This document shows, piece after piece, positions 39,651 to 53,948 of a stretch of DNA of 64,000 bases. The position numbers and the translations under genes were made by a program. Each line of letters begins with the position of its first letter. Within the stretch, counting starts at the first letter, position 1. The stretch comes from Octopus vulgaris (Eukaryota). Location: assembly GCA_951406725.2 (NCBI GenBank), contig OX597816.1:133920001-133984000 (forward strand), given 5' to 3'. The notes below the pieces were generated by a model. The model saw only the letters and a list, made by a program, of their open reading frames with translations, searched no databases and was not told the origin of the DNA.

Positions 39651-40708
39651 GATAGATAAAAATAATAAACCATCATGAAACCATTTGTTACAAAGTGAAC
39701 TTCTTAACCATGCTTATTTCTGCAACAAATTATGCTTATTAGCCTTCTTTATACCGTTTATCTACTTATAATTTAGTGAAAATGTTTTTTTGATTATTAT
39801 TTGTGCTTCAATTTCAGTTTTATTATATAAAACTCAGTTCATTGCCAGACATGGAAATATATTGTAGGTCAGTTGGGACAGTACAATCCAGGTGTTTACC
39901 TGGATTATATTATCTGCTGTTTTTACAAACTGTTCTAATGCGACAATTCCATGGTTGGCAATGTAAATACATATATAGTATATATGACTAAATCATTAAT
40001 AAGGCAGATATTTATAAACACGTGAAGCTTTTCAATATGGTGTTGTTGAAACAATCATCAACAATGTAACAAAAATTATATCACAAATTCCAATCTTCAA
40101 TTATCTAATATATATATATATATACACAAAACATTACATTTATAAAGAAGTAGAAAAAAAAAGGTTTGATGTTCCTGCCATTTGCAAGTGAAATGGTTGA
40201 TAGTAAGATTTGAAAGTTGATTCAGTTTGCAAAGAACTTATTGCTTAGTCAAAGTATTCAACTCAGTATAAGTAACTTGAATTAGTGTATGGATGCATTT
40301 GTATTGTGGCCATGTAATCTGAATAGATGATGCATTTGGTGGGAGAGTGTTTTAAGAGGAACTGGCTGAAGTAGACTATGATTAAAGTATGTGGAAAAGA
40401 ATTAAGAAGATAAAGCTGCATTGGAGAGCAGCTCTTCAAGTCTCCTGCACCTCATGTCAGTTTGGAAAAATGCTTTGAACTGTAACTTAAGTTAGAAATT
40501 AGATGAATCTAGGAATTCAAATTTGAACTATTCTGAGGATTTCTTTAAAATAATGAAATGATGTGAATATATAAGAATGAGTGTGATAAGATATATAAGA
40601 ATGAGTGTGGTCATTTGTAGATTGTCACTTGATCAGAAAAGATGGACTGCTTAATATTTATAGGAAATATCATTGGTATGTTGATGTATATTTCTCTTTC
40701 TTTGATAG

Positions 40709-40813
40709 ATACGCTACCAAAAGGAAGTTGATCGTCTAGAGAAGGATGTTAGAGAACTTCGCAAACAGTTGATTTTAAAAGATCAAAGGAATGGTAAAAA
40801 AAGAACAATGAAG
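40709..40813 (+). CDS. OPA1: OPA1 coiled-coil exon
   Basis: IRYQKEVDRLEKDVRELRKQLILKDQRNGKKRTMK, 105 nt, AG/GT flanks. Confidence 0.94.
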
Positions 40814-41599
40814 GTTGGTGTTTACTATTATCTAAAGCATACACTTTTAATTGTTCCAGCAAAGAGCATCTACTTGTTTGATCAACTGAATTACGTCCTT
40901 GTTAAATTAACATCTGTTTCAATATTTCATAGACACATCTACCCTTAATAAATTTCTCAGGCTGAATCAGTGTGACACAGTGTGTGACTGACTTCCACAC
41001 AGTTTCCATCTCACCATCTTGACTCACAAGTCTTGGTCAATTAGAGGCTATGGTGTAGACATCTGACCATGACACTGTGCTGTAGAATTGAACCCAAGAC
41101 CTCAAGATTGTAAATTGAATGTTTTAACCACTTAATATAAAATATCATTTCTGCATGTTAATTTTTTAGTTTTACGTATCCAAGAAATAAGCAGCAAGTT
41201 TTTTACACATTAGTACAGTAGGTGTTCGAAGAGCATTCTGCTAATAAAGCATCTGGCCCCCAAATGTTATGGTTCTAAAATTAATCTAACTCATAAAAAA
41301 TATATTTATGATTTTGATATATTTCCCCCACCCCTTTTTATCATATTATAGATTGAATGATTTTTTTCTTTTAAAATCAAACATTTTGAAGTAAATTTTT
41401 TTATGCCAATGTAATATAAATGAAGATTTTTGGAATAAACATGACAAGGAGTTTGAAAGAAACAGGTGTGAGAGGTAAAAGGAGATGGGGAATTAAGAGA
41501 TATAGAAATAATGAAGTGAATGTTCAAGTAGTTTGACATGAAATGACAATGTTGTTATTTTTCCTCTTTGAAACAATTTCCATAATTCTCAATTTTCAG

Positions 41600-41686
41600 A
41601 AATCTCTCATTGACATGTATTCTGATGTTCTTGATGAACTTGCTGATTATGATTCCAGTTACAAAACTCAAGATAATTTGCCAAGG
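41600..41686 (+). CDS. OPA1: OPA1 exon preceding the GTPase domain
   Basis: [29 protein letters not shown], 87 nt. Confidence 0.96.
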
Positions 41687-43260
41687 GTAGGTTCGAAAAT
41701 TATTTAATCAATCTAATGTGTTTATTATTGAATTTATTTAATGTTTTTTAAGAGATAAAATTGATCTTTTTTCCTTCATAAAAAAAAAAAAAACACTGCT
41801 CAAACTTCAGAATTCACCTGCCCTTACAACACAAATTTATCTTCATCATCATTCGTTTTCCATGCTGGCATGAGTTGAATGGTTTGACTAGAACTGGCAA
41901 GCAGGAGAGATGCACTAGGTTCCAGTCTGATCCAGCTAGGTTTCTATGGCTGGATGTCCTTAATGTCAACCACTTTACAGAATGTTTTGGGTGATTTTTA
42001 TATGGCATCAGCACAAGCACTTTTACATGGTGTCAACATGAGTGCTATTATATGGTGCTGGCATGGGTGCCTTTCATTTGACGTTGATACGAGTGCTTTA
42101 TATAAATTCTCATATTGTAGTTTGAATTCTATAAGTATAACTTGGCTTGTTTCTTTTGATGGGAATTAATGAAATTCTCTTCTTGTGCATATATAGGACA
42201 TAAATGTGCATTTACATCAATTCTGTATTCCAAAATAAATGGAAAAATTCTGAATTATATCATACTAAAAGAAAAAAAAATCCTTAAGTAATGGTTTCCA
42301 TAAAAAAACTTTATGTTGTGTATTGTGATGTTAGTTTGTAAACTGTTCTTTTGTTCTTGATAAGAACAGTTGAGTATTCAGCTCTGAAACAATTGTTCTG
42401 TATAACTGTTTTGTAATTGTTAACAGATATGCAAAAGGATGTTAAACTCTTATTTTAGTGGAATGTATCATTATCATCACTACTCTCATAGCTTTCTCTA
42501 TCTCTTAACATAATAATGAGTGTAGTGTTTTTATATATTTGTCCAAAATATATATATTTGCCCAAAATCACAGAGTAGGAGAAAGAATAGTATAAGTGAA
42601 GGGAGAGGAGAGAAAATGGTAATTCAGTGAAGAAGTAGTGAGAGTAATAGCCATGACTGAGAGGGAGTGAGAGAAAGAAATAGTAATGAGAGAGAGGAAG
42701 TGGCAGAGTATGTTGTGTGCCTTGTACGATATGTTGTGTTTTTCTCTGTCACAACATATGAATGAGAAAGGAAGGGGTGAAAAAATATCAAACAGCATTT
42801 CAATTCTGTGTGAGTATATGTATGTGAATGTTTGTGGTGTGTGTGTGTGTGTGTGTGTGTGTGCACAATGGAAGAGAGATGGTGAGCATTTAACAATGAA
42901 AAGAAAAATCAAACAGCGTTTCAACTCTGAGTATATGTGTGTGCGTGTACAAGGGAAGTTTGTGATTGTATGTGTGAGCCAGCATTCTTTCAGTAACAAG
43001 CGATGATCGATGTCAAATCTCAAAAGACAACCACTAAATAACATTGACAAGTGTATTCATATGAATTACCATCCATATTCTGTCTGTTATGTTACAAATA
43101 ATTATTACAATCACACACATCTACACAAATATACATATACAAACTCATTAGAGAAAATTATTATTGCCTGAGTGCAGTTGAAAAGTATATTATAAATACA
43201 GATTTAACAGTTCATACATGCACCTAATTTTTTTTACATTAAGAAATTTATGGAATAAAG

Positions 43261-43684
43261 ATTTTTACCAACATAACATGGCAGTCCTGGTTTAGGATGA
43301 ATGTTGCCGTAATTTAGCCCCAGGAGACATCGTCTCCAGCTGGCTATACAACCTGATCTGTGTCCTTATATTTTTGAACAAGGGAGCCTAGCACCCCAAC
43401 TCAGCTCAAAACAATATCTGTGTATCGCAATTTCCAGGTTATTTCCCTTCATCAGCACAGAATAATTGTTCAACTAGAGGTGGCGCTGCCAAATTCCCAT
43501 TTGAAATGTATAGCTTTCCAAGTGACAACTTGTCGCTGATCTATAAATTAGAAAATTACTATTTTTAAATCTCACAACAAGAGATATTCAGCAACAGGAC
43601 TGCCATGTCATGTTGGTAAAAATATTTACTCCAAAATACTGTTGCTGAATATCTCTCGTTGTGAGATTTAAAAATAGTAATTTT
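43261..43684 (-). mobile_element. Penelope-like non-autonomous element with interlocked inverted repeats
   Basis: A 43261-43289 / A' 43595-43623 (28/29 match); B 43552-43597 / B' 43639-43684 (45/46 match); flanking 21-nt near-direct repeat. Confidence 0.7.
43417..43461 (-). ncRNA. Minimal type I hammerhead ribozyme motif
   Basis: UCUGUG-CUGAUGA-AGGgaaauaaCCUg-GAAA-uugcga-UA-CACAGA: intact core boxes, perfect 6-bp stem I, imperfect stem II, very short stem III. Confidence 0.65.
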
Positions 43685-44053
43685 AAGAAACTTATGTAAT
43701 AAATTTTGAATAGGGAGTTTTAACATCAACTATAAGTCATGGACTGCTTTTTGTGGCTTTAAGTTATATGAGTTTAGGTTGGTTTCAGTAATGGAGAACA
43801 CAATTGAAAGGAAACGTTGCTTCAAAACAGTTGGTATTTACTTGCCAGCTCCTGTATTTAGTCATGGCTAGCTTTATGTGGCCTTAAGTGGTACAAGAAG
43901 GAAGGAAAACTTTAAAATTCTTTTGAAGGAAACAAGTAGTCAAGGGATGTTAACTCTGGATAGATTTTTCATAGAAAAGAGTGGGATGAAAAGAGCATTC
44001 AGTGGAACAGTTTCTCTCAGTATTGTTTTAATTCCTAAATTCTTTGTCACTAG

Positions 44054-44242
<189 letters not shown>

Positions 44243-45277
44243 TAATGCTGCAAATTCAGTTTTTAGACACTGAAGGAAGGTAGAATGAACCAAGATATTA
44301 TATGACTTGGCTTAGATTTGAATTTTGTTGTTTTGTTTTACAGGACATCACCAAGTGAAAAATACGTAAACATAGAAACAAGTATGGGACAAATTACCAA
44401 AAGAAGTGTAACCCCTCCTCAGTTGTCGGCTGTTAATTACTACCTATTTCGAGCTTTCAATGACTATAGCAGCTTCCAGAACGACATAAATAGCAGCTTC
44501 CAGAACAACATAAATAGCAGCTTCTAGAAATTTTAAAGCTATTTCTGGAGAGTTAAGAGCTTGTCTTTCTGTCTGTGTTTGTCCCATACCACCACTTGAT
44601 AACTGCAGTTGGTGTGTTTGTCCCCATAATTTAGCAGTTCTGCAAAAGAAATCAATACAATAAGTACCAGGCTTTAAAAAATAAGTACTGGGGTTGATTC
44701 ATTCAACTAAAAATTCTTCAAAGCAGTGCCCCAATATGACCACAGTCTAATGATTGAAACAAGTAAAAAGATAAAAGATACCAAATGAAGTTTGGTGACT
44801 CTGTTGAATGAAACAAATAACTGATTCTCTTTCTCGTGGTTATTATACGAAGATGTGTGGCATAGTGGTTTGGGTATTGGGCTCACTATCACAAGATCAA
44901 GAGTTAAGTTCCTGAGCTGGATGGTGCATTGTCTACTTGCTCTCTTCTTCTCAGCTTTAAATGTGTACCAGCTGATTGCTGGTGCAGCTTTCTCTCCCTT
45001 ACTCTCTCCCAAGCTATCACATCCTTGATGTTCCACTGAGTCAATGGTGGGAAAGCCAAGTTGGTATCTGTGACTGTTTGTGACTACATAGGCACCATGT
45101 TAACTTGTTTGTGAGTGATGGCTAAGCTTTATGTGACCTAAATGATACACCCATCTACTCAATGAAATAGTATTTATTCTGAATCTAAATAATCTTTTTT
45201 TCATTTATATTGTGTTTTTCTTTTTCTCTTGCTCTGTCTGAATGTATTATAACAACATTTAATGTATTAATTTTCAG

Positions 45278-45395
45278 AGGCTCAGGAGAAATGATGACTC
45301 GCTCACCAGTAAAGGTTACTCTCAGTGAAGGCCCATATCATGTAGCTCAGTTCAAAGACAGTACTAGAGAATTTGATCTCACCAAAGAATCAGAT
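45278..45395 (+). CDS. OPA1: OPA1 GTPase exon, G2
   Basis: [39 protein letters not shown], 118 nt. Confidence 0.97.
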
Positions 45396-46344
45396 GTGAG
45401 TAGATAATTATATTTTGATGTTGCTCTTGTTAAATCTGTTTAACAATAATAATAAAATAATTTATAATAAAGCTGTAAGATGTAGTTGATTGGATGGACG
45501 CTAGTGTATATCACCAGTATTTATGTGTTACCAAACCCCAGAAAGAGGAAAGGTAAAATTGACCTTGGCAAGAACTCAGAATATAAAAATAAGTAACTAA
45601 ATACAGTATTACTGCTGTTTAGTGTCCTTAAATTTATAGCAACAAGAAGAACATCAAAGATGATGATGATGATGCAGTACCAGGCAGTGTTTCTCATGAC
45701 TTCTGATCTTAACTGATTGGAAGTGTTTACATGTATGTGTTTTGTCTTGGTGTAAAAGATGAACTACAGCAATATTCGCTCAATACCACAGATTTGCTTG
45801 TCAGTTTCTTGACCGTAACTAGTTGAGCATGTTTTAATGACTGACGATATGTGCATCTCTGATCATGAGCAGGAGTAGTGGGGGAGCATCATAGTCACAT
45901 ATTGAGAAGGACACTTTGGAATTTAAATAATTCACTCCTGGAAACATGGGTGTTTCATTCATCATCCTTAAACAGCCCTTACTCAGGGACCTTTTGACCA
46001 GAATGGGCTACTTGACCCCAAGAAAATTCTGAGTCCCACCTGCAAGGTCATGCACTATTTATCTTGATATGTGAACATTAGATGATGGTGAGGTTGGCCA
46101 TGTCACACACATACAGTTGTGATGCCGCTAAGCATTTTGCCTGGCATGCTAATAATTCTGCCAGCTTACCGCCTTAATAATAATTATAATATTAATAACA
46201 ATTTCTGATTTAGGCACAAGGCCAGTAGTTTTGTAGGCAGAGGTTACTCAATACTTTCAAAACCAGTAACTAATTAGTACTTTATTTAATTGACCCTGAA
46301 AGAATGAAAGGTAAAGTTACCTTTGAGCACAGAACATTTACATA

Positions 46345-47437
46345 TATCTTTTAGTTTCAGTCATTAGACTGTGGCCATGCTAGGGTACCTCTTTGAAGAA
46401 CTTTTTAGTTGAATGAATCAACCCTAGTACTTATCTTTTTAAGCCTGGTATTTATATCAATTATCTCTTTTGCTGAACTGCTAAGTTACAGGGACATAAA
46501 CACCAACAGTGGTGGGGGACAAACACACACACACACACACATCACAGTTCTTTCAGTTTCTGTCTACCAAATCTGCTCACAAAGCTATAATTGAAGACAC
46601 TTGCTCAAGGTGTCATGCAGTGGGACTGAACTTGGAACCATATGGTTGGTAAGCAACTTCTTACCATACAGCCACACCTGCACCTTTATAAACAAGATCT
46701 GAAGGACTCAGTATCTTTTCTAGCTATATCCTTAGAAGTATAAACTCAGTAATGCAAACCAATGGACCACATTTTCTGCTCTGTATGAGCAGATATGATG
46801 TGAGCTGAGGGAGATTTAGCTGTTATTTCTTTTAGTTTGTGCAACCACATAGAGACTTCCTCATTGGCTCAACCAGGATTATTTATAAGCATATTATTAA
46901 TAGCTAAAAACATCTTAGCACACTACCTTATGTTAACACCCACTTATTAAAATTTTTCATGCAGCAAAAGTCTCTGTGTATTCTCCCAACCCAGTCATTC
47001 TTTTAGGTGGATTGTTTGGTACAATGTTAGCTTTCTGGTTTGTGATTCAGATTGAAAAATATATGGATATATTCTTTTATTTGATTCAGTCATTTGACTG
47101 TGGCCATGCTGGAGCACCATCTTGAAGTGTTTTAGTTGAACAGATCAACCTCAGGACTTATTTTTTAAGCCTAGTACTTATTCTATCGGTCTCTTTTACT
47201 AAACTGCTAAGTTACGGGTATGTCAACATACCAACAACGCTTGTCTAGTGGCGATGGAAGGGACAGACAGACACAAACACACACATATACAACAGGCTTC
47301 TTTCAGTTTCTGTCTACCAAATTCACTCACAGGGCTATAGAAGAAGAAACTTGTCCAAAGTTCCATGCAGTGGGACTGAACCCAGAACCATTTAGTTGGG
47401 AAGGAAGCTTCTTACCACATGACCACGCCTGTACCTA
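46345..47437 (-). mobile_element. Two SINE family A copies (46345-46685 and 47073-47437)
   Basis: Both are reverse complements of the 23605-23980 element. Confidence 0.8.
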
Positions 47438-47609
47438 TGTTGAAATTTATAGTTAATCTTTCCTTTGTTTCTTGATTGATTAAAACATTTAATTATTATT
47501 GAAATGTTATAAAAAAGACAAAATATTAATTTGCAATTAAAAGAAGAATTAATATGTTGTATGGTATATCAAAGTAAACACCTAAATTTATGTTTAAAAT
47601 TTATTTTAG

Positions 47610-47684
47610 TTGGTTGCTCTCCGCAGTGAAATTGAAGTTAGAATGAAAAGTAGTGTAGAACTTGGACAGACTGTCAGCACCGAG
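47610..47684 (+). CDS. OPA1: OPA1 GTPase exon
   Basis: LVALRSEIEVRMKSSVELGQTVSTE, 75 nt. Confidence 0.95.
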
Positions 47685-48804
47685 GTAAATTCTTTATTCA
47701 GATTTGTTTATCTGTATTTTTAGTAAAACTATTTACATTTTCAGGAATTATGAATTTATCTGGCTTAAGCAAGCTGGAAGTGGTAAAGCTTGTCTTTTAC
47801 TTGTTAACTGACAGGTTGTGTTGTTTGGTTTTGAGTTAAGGTATGCTATGGCAGATGCAGTGAGATAACTGCTGGAGAACTTGGTAAAAGTAAGCTCCTA
47901 TATTTCACCTTTATTGACCTGTGACAGCAATATGTAAATAAATGGCTTGTGATAACCATTCATCTAAACCAAATTCAGATATGTTGTTAGCAAGGTGAGA
48001 GCTAACTCCACATGAACAAGGAATTTAGTGTGCATGTAGTCATTCATTGGGACTTGGTTCTCACTTCCTTCCTGTTGATTATTAATCTTTAGGTTTCCCA
48101 ACCATCTGAAAATAATAAAAAGTTGCTTTGTTCAAATGGAGCTGCAGGACTGGCCCAGATCATGAAGCACTGACTTGTTTGCACTTAGCTACTCAACTTT
48201 TGCAGACTCCAATAGAAAAATAAAAGTTATCTGGAGAGGTGAAAAGCTGCTATATGATTACTATACTTGCTTTAAAGAAACAAGAAGGCTATGACAGAAG
48301 AGTTTAAGATCAGCTGTCCATGGGAACTTCCATATACTGATGACTTAGTTCTAGCTGAATGTGTTGAAGAATTATAGAAAAAATTCTGAACATGGAAACA
48401 ACGCCTCGAATTAAGAGATCTTAAAGTGAACCTAGCAAAGATAAAACTTTTAGTTAACAGGAAAGACATGAATCAAGAATGATTCATGCGGTATAAAGAA
48501 AATGTAAGCTTTCAAGATGAACTGAGAATATTTTCAAATGCTTTACACGGACTTTAATATGGCGGAGATATCTGTCCCTTTAGAGCTGCTAATGTGTTAA
48601 AATTGATATTTAATGATATCCAGCAATAATAAGAAAGGACTATCATTATATTTTATAGAAATAGTCTTTCCCAAGCACTTAATAATAAACCTTTTTAGTT
48701 ATATTACTTTTGCTTAATATAGATTAAAATAATAATCTACAGCTCAAACATTTAGAATTTTGGTTAGTTCCAAAGTTTATTAAACTATTTCTTTTATTTT
48801 TCAG

Positions 48805-48876
48805 TGTATCTCAATGACAGTAAAGGGTCCTGGACTTCAAAGAATGGTATTGGTTGATCTGCCAGGTGTTATATCG
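48805..48876 (+). CDS. OPA1: OPA1 GTPase exon, G3
   Basis: [24 protein letters not shown], 72 nt. Confidence 0.97.
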
Positions 48877-49558
48877 GTAACTTATCATTTTTCTCAACAA
48901 AATAAGATAATTATGTTTTTGAAACCAGGCTTCCCTGACATACAAGTCCCATAAGCTTTTTTCTTTTTACTTTTAATATTTCTTGAACAAAAGTTGCTAA
49001 ATTTTCTGATTTCCATGTTCAATAGTTTAATAATATTGACTGTAATTCTGATGCCAATTTAACTCTCTTCATCCCTGTCTTACATATTTCATCTGTGGGA
49101 TCTGGTTCTTCACATCTACATCTGACTATTTCCTTCCAAATCATGCTTGATTTACCTCTTCTTCAGTCACATTTTGCTATCTGCTTACAGCACATTTTCC
49201 TCCACAGTGTGTCATCTATATGCATTATATATCCACACTCAAATAATGTGGGAGCCAAGCAAATAAAATATTATCAACTCATGATTGTTATTAAAATTAG
49301 TGGGTCCCAAACTCTTTATGTAAAATAAATTAAAACTTATTTGCTTGTTAGAATCACAGTTCTGGATACTGTTGTCAAAATTTTCAAGTAAGCTACTACA
49401 CTGCTTCTATAACAAGAAGGAGATCAAAAGAAAAGTGCTACTGTCTCAGATGTGATGATGGTGCAAGAATTGTATATTGATGTTGGAAGTGAAGTTGGTG
49501 TGTTAGTCAGTGTGATTAGTTGTATTAAGGGATACGTGTACGAACGCTGTATGTATGC

Positions 49559-49592
<34 letters not shown>

Positions 49593-50329
49593 GTATATAT
49601 ATATATATATATATACATGCACACAGTCACTTACAGTGGAAATTAAAAGCTATCTATTATAATCATGGATGTTTTCAAACATTTATTCATTAAAGTGAAT
49701 TTTAAAATATTATCCACTTATAAGAATAAACAGTTCAGGCATTGTTACTTCCTCTATGTAATGTTATCAGTTGTAGTTATCTCACTCTTTATAACTACCA
49801 GTTTTGCATATCCTGACTTGCATCCTTTAATTAAACAGATGCTGTTGTATACTTTAAAAATTATTGAAGACATAGTTAACTGAAATATTCTGATTCCATA
49901 AAAATCATTAAAAAAATTATAACTTTCTGGGAAATTGTATCAAAGTAGGAAAACTGTAAGACTGAAAGGAAAATAGAAAAGAATTGACATGACTCCTTAT
50001 TTTTGTGTAACATTTAATTTTTGAATTAGACTAAAGAGTTTTGTTAAAGAGATAATATTGGCCTATTTACCTAAATCTTATGAATTTTTGTCCTATCATT
50101 GGCGTTAAGTAAATTTCTTGCTCTAGTTTTGAACCCTTCATGTTCCAATTTATCATTTTGTACGACAATAGCCAAGTGGAGTATTGGACTAATTGTAAAT
50201 ATATGATTAGTTTGAATTTTTATATAGTTTTGTGATTAAACCTCTTAAATGTCAATGAAAGAACAATTGTTAAAAGACTTAATGTCTAGCATACATATCT
50301 ATCAACTGCCAGAGCTATTTGTTTTTCAG

Positions 50330-50429
50330 ACAGAAACTTTTGACGTAGCATCAGGTACAAGAGAATCTATTAAAAAACTTATCTCAAGTTACATGGAAAA
50401 CCCTAATTCTATTATTCTATGTATTCAAG
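50330..50429 (+). CDS. OPA1: OPA1 GTPase exon
   Basis: TETFDVASGTRESIKKLISSYMENPNSIILCIQ, 100 nt. Confidence 0.95.
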
Positions 50430-51309
50430 GTAAGCAGTTATCTTGAAATCTCTTTATTAATTTTTACTGCAAAACAGATCGTTTCTATCAATATTGGCTT
50501 TCATTTAATCTGTATTTGCAAAGCATATACATATGTGTATGTAAATTTGTCAAATATAATGAATCAAAGTCAAAACAATATTTGGAATCAACCATTCTCA
50601 TTAAAACATATAGAGACATGTATAGCACAAGTGTGTCGTTTATAGTGCTGAGTTTAAGTTGTAGTATAAGCCTGGATACAGTATCAGAAAACCACTGCAT
50701 TAGTATTCTACTCTGAAAAGATCCTATGACTGTTACTACAGAATCCTCAAGTGGTCATCCTTAATCTATATATTTGTATATTACTGTATGTGTCTATAAA
50801 AGGTATTTATGGCCTTATTTATGTGTGTGCTCTTTTTTCTTCCACTATTCTTTATTCTATCTTTTTGTTGCCCCAAATTCAACAATTATTTTAAAAGGCA
50901 ATCGAAATTCTTTTGGTGGGGTGTGTGCATGTATTCTAAAGTAACATTAAAGTTATTCCACAGATCACTTTTGCACTCAGCTAAAATATTTTAATTACAC
51001 TATAGACAAACTGCATTATTTTTTTTCTTATACAACTTATCAATTCATAATATCAAGTATTTCGCAGAGAAAAAAAAAATTTCAAATCCGCTCATTGCTT
51101 CTCATAATTGTCTCATTCAATCATTTAATCCACAGTCAGCTTTCATAAATTATGCATTAATTAGTATAAATTATTTAATTCTGTCTCCTCCCTTTGTTTC
51201 AGTGCACAATAAAATTATACACACACTTCTGTAATTTTAGTGTTGTGTTTACATGTCTCTATTGCAATATAGTGTTATTGTTATTTTTGTTAAATTTCTT
51301 AATATTACT

Positions 51310-51762
51310 TCCAAATTTTGGCATAAGGCCAGCAATATGGGAGGAGCAATAGGTTGATTAGATTGGTCCCAGTGCTCAACTGGCACTTATTTTATTGACC
51401 CCTGAAAGGATGAAAGGTAAAGTCAACCTTGGCAGAATTTGAACTCAAAATGTAAAGATGGTTGAAATACCTATTTCTTTACTACCCACAAGGGGCTAAA
51501 CACAGAGAGGATAAACAAGGACAGACAAACGGATTAAGTCAATTATATCGACCCCAGTGTGTAACTGGTACTTATTTAATCGACCCCGAAAGTGTGAAAG
51601 GCAAAGTCGACCTTGGCGGAATTTGAACCCAGAACGTAATGGCAGACGAAATACCACTAAGCATTTCGCCTGGCGTGCTAACAATTCTGCCAGCTCGCCG
51701 ATGGATGAAATACCGTTAAGCATTTTGCCCAGTGTGCTAACAATTCTGCCAGCTTGCAGCCT
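51310..51762 (-). mobile_element. SINE family B with a younger family-B copy (51472-51699) nested inside
   Basis: 15-bp TSD gatgg(t/a)tgaaatacc at 51457-51471 and 51700-51714. Confidence 0.85.
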
Positions 51763-52564
51763 TAACATTCTTGATATTAACAATCAAAATATTATTACTT
51801 AAAATATTATGCTAGTATGGGGTAGGAATTCACAAATTCTTTTCATTTGAATATTTTTAAAGCAATTGTTTCTACAATAGGTTTTCCTGCCCTGTGCTAA
51901 CCATGAACATTTTGGATGCTGGAATGGCTCTGTGGTTAAGTTGTTCACTTTTGCAACCATGTGGCTCTGGGTTTGATCTTGCCATGTAATAAACCAAAAG
52001 TGTCTAGATGGCTGTCATGTATACACACACACACACACAATGTTTGTGTGTTCATATTACCATGGGATGAGAACCAGTACCTTCTAACAGAAATAGCTTG
52101 TTGGTGCCGTTTGGTTGAGTTGTATCCCTTTACACTAATATCTCTTTTGTATTTCACATCTCATGAGTATGAGGAAATAAGTACAAGGCAAAGTATAAAG
52201 TACTGAGATCTATATGTTAATATAAATAAAACCAGCATCATTACAATCTTATGACTAAAACTGTTAAGAACTAAAAGAAGAACATGTTAGTACTTTGGGC
52301 AGAACATAATGCATTGTTTTCACTGGTATAGCTCAAGTGTGTATGGGCCAAAAGTGCCACTCCGCCCTCCATAAAAGCATTGCCTGGAGCAGAGTGCCCA
52401 TCACCCCCACCTAGGCACACTTTTGAATGTCTATTATTAATAAATACCAACAATAAAATGGATTCCATTGAATCAAGTTTTACTCTTACCTATCATAACC
52501 ATGATATCTCTGTTTAAAGAAGAAAGTCATTATTAAATTGATTTTATTCTTTCTTCTCTAATAG

Positions 52565-52695
52565 ATGGTTCTCTTGATGCTGAACGAAGTAATGTAACAG
52601 ATCTTGTCAGTCAGATGGATCCAAATGGCAAGCGCACTATTTTTGTGTTAACCAAAGTAGATATTGCTGAGAGCAGCCTATATAATCCTCAGCGG
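52565..52695 (+). CDS. OPA1: OPA1 GTPase exon, G4
   Basis: [44 protein letters not shown], 131 nt. Confidence 0.97.
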
Positions 52696-53948
52696 GTAAG
52701 TTTTCATTCATAAAAGCTAAAGTTTCAGGTTTTTAAAGCTTAAGTTCCCAATGTTTGTAATTATGTTGTGACATCAAGAATAGAAAAAAGAAACTTTTTT
52801 AATAATTTTCATTCTTGTTCAGATAACTTAATTGCAGCTGATTTTTTTTTTGTAAAAAACAATTATCTAATCTGAAGAAGAGGCTTATTATGTATAGCCT
52901 TTTTAAGCTTTCTCAAGTTAGTGATGTTACCTTAAACATCCAATAGGAATGTGTTTCTGTAGAAGTATTGGGTGAACTGTTTAATACAAGTTTGAAAAGC
53001 TGTTTCATAAGAGAATGATAAACTGTTTAGCTTCATATTAGCCTGGTCCAACAGGTCTATGATCAAAAATGTTTGTCATGATTATTCCTGTCTTTTACTA
53101 AATTCAGATATGTTGTATAGAATATGCTTTTTCCTTTTTTAAGGAAAATTTCCTTTTTTAAGGAAAATTTGTCTACTAATTCTAGCAGGTCAAATGACTG
53201 TATAGAGGCTCTTTCAGCAGCAAAGAATGAAAAGAGTAGAAGCTGGAGATTCAGGTGGACTTAGAAAGTGGGAGGAAGACATTCTCATTTTTAATTATAT
53301 TATATAACATTGGACAAGTTGACAAATATGGTATCACTGGAAGAGAGAACAGTGAAATTATTTCAAATTTACTAATTTAGAGTTATTTTACAATTTAAAT
53401 CTATCTTGAGAGACTATAAGTTATACTCAATTAGCTATATATAAACTCAGCTCTTTTATTGACTGGAGATATTCCTTGTTTATCTCCAGTTGCATCTTAT
53501 TAAGTTCTGTCGACTGAGCTAATACAATTCAAGAATGTTGCAATTATGAACAAATATCACCATTCTTTGTTTTTCCTTTCATATTGTTCAGGCTTATAGT
53601 TATAAAGTTCATATTTAAGTTATACCATTTTGCTTTCTGTTCAACTTTCTTAGAAAGATACTCTCTCACAACATTTCAGTGAGGTGTGTTGACCAAGTGT
53701 TCTGAGGCTAAATATTATATTTTGTTGGTATTCAAGAAATAATTTAGAAAATTGAGTGAGGAATTTTGAAATTAACAGTTTAATGCATAATTTTCTCAGG
53801 TTAAATAAAAATTTGAATTATCAATAAAATATCAAATGGTTCTATAATTAAATTTTCAAAGATATTTCTTATTTTACTAGCTAGAAATTTGATACCAATA
53901 TTACAAGTATATTATTTCTGATATCTCCAATACACCTTTTGATTTTAG

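Noticed and set aside
44400-44530. PPQLSAVNYYLFRAF resembling the mariner SPDLAPSDYHLFRS motif, plus a 24-bp tandem duplication
   Set aside because: Too short and diverged to call, and no terminal repeats found.
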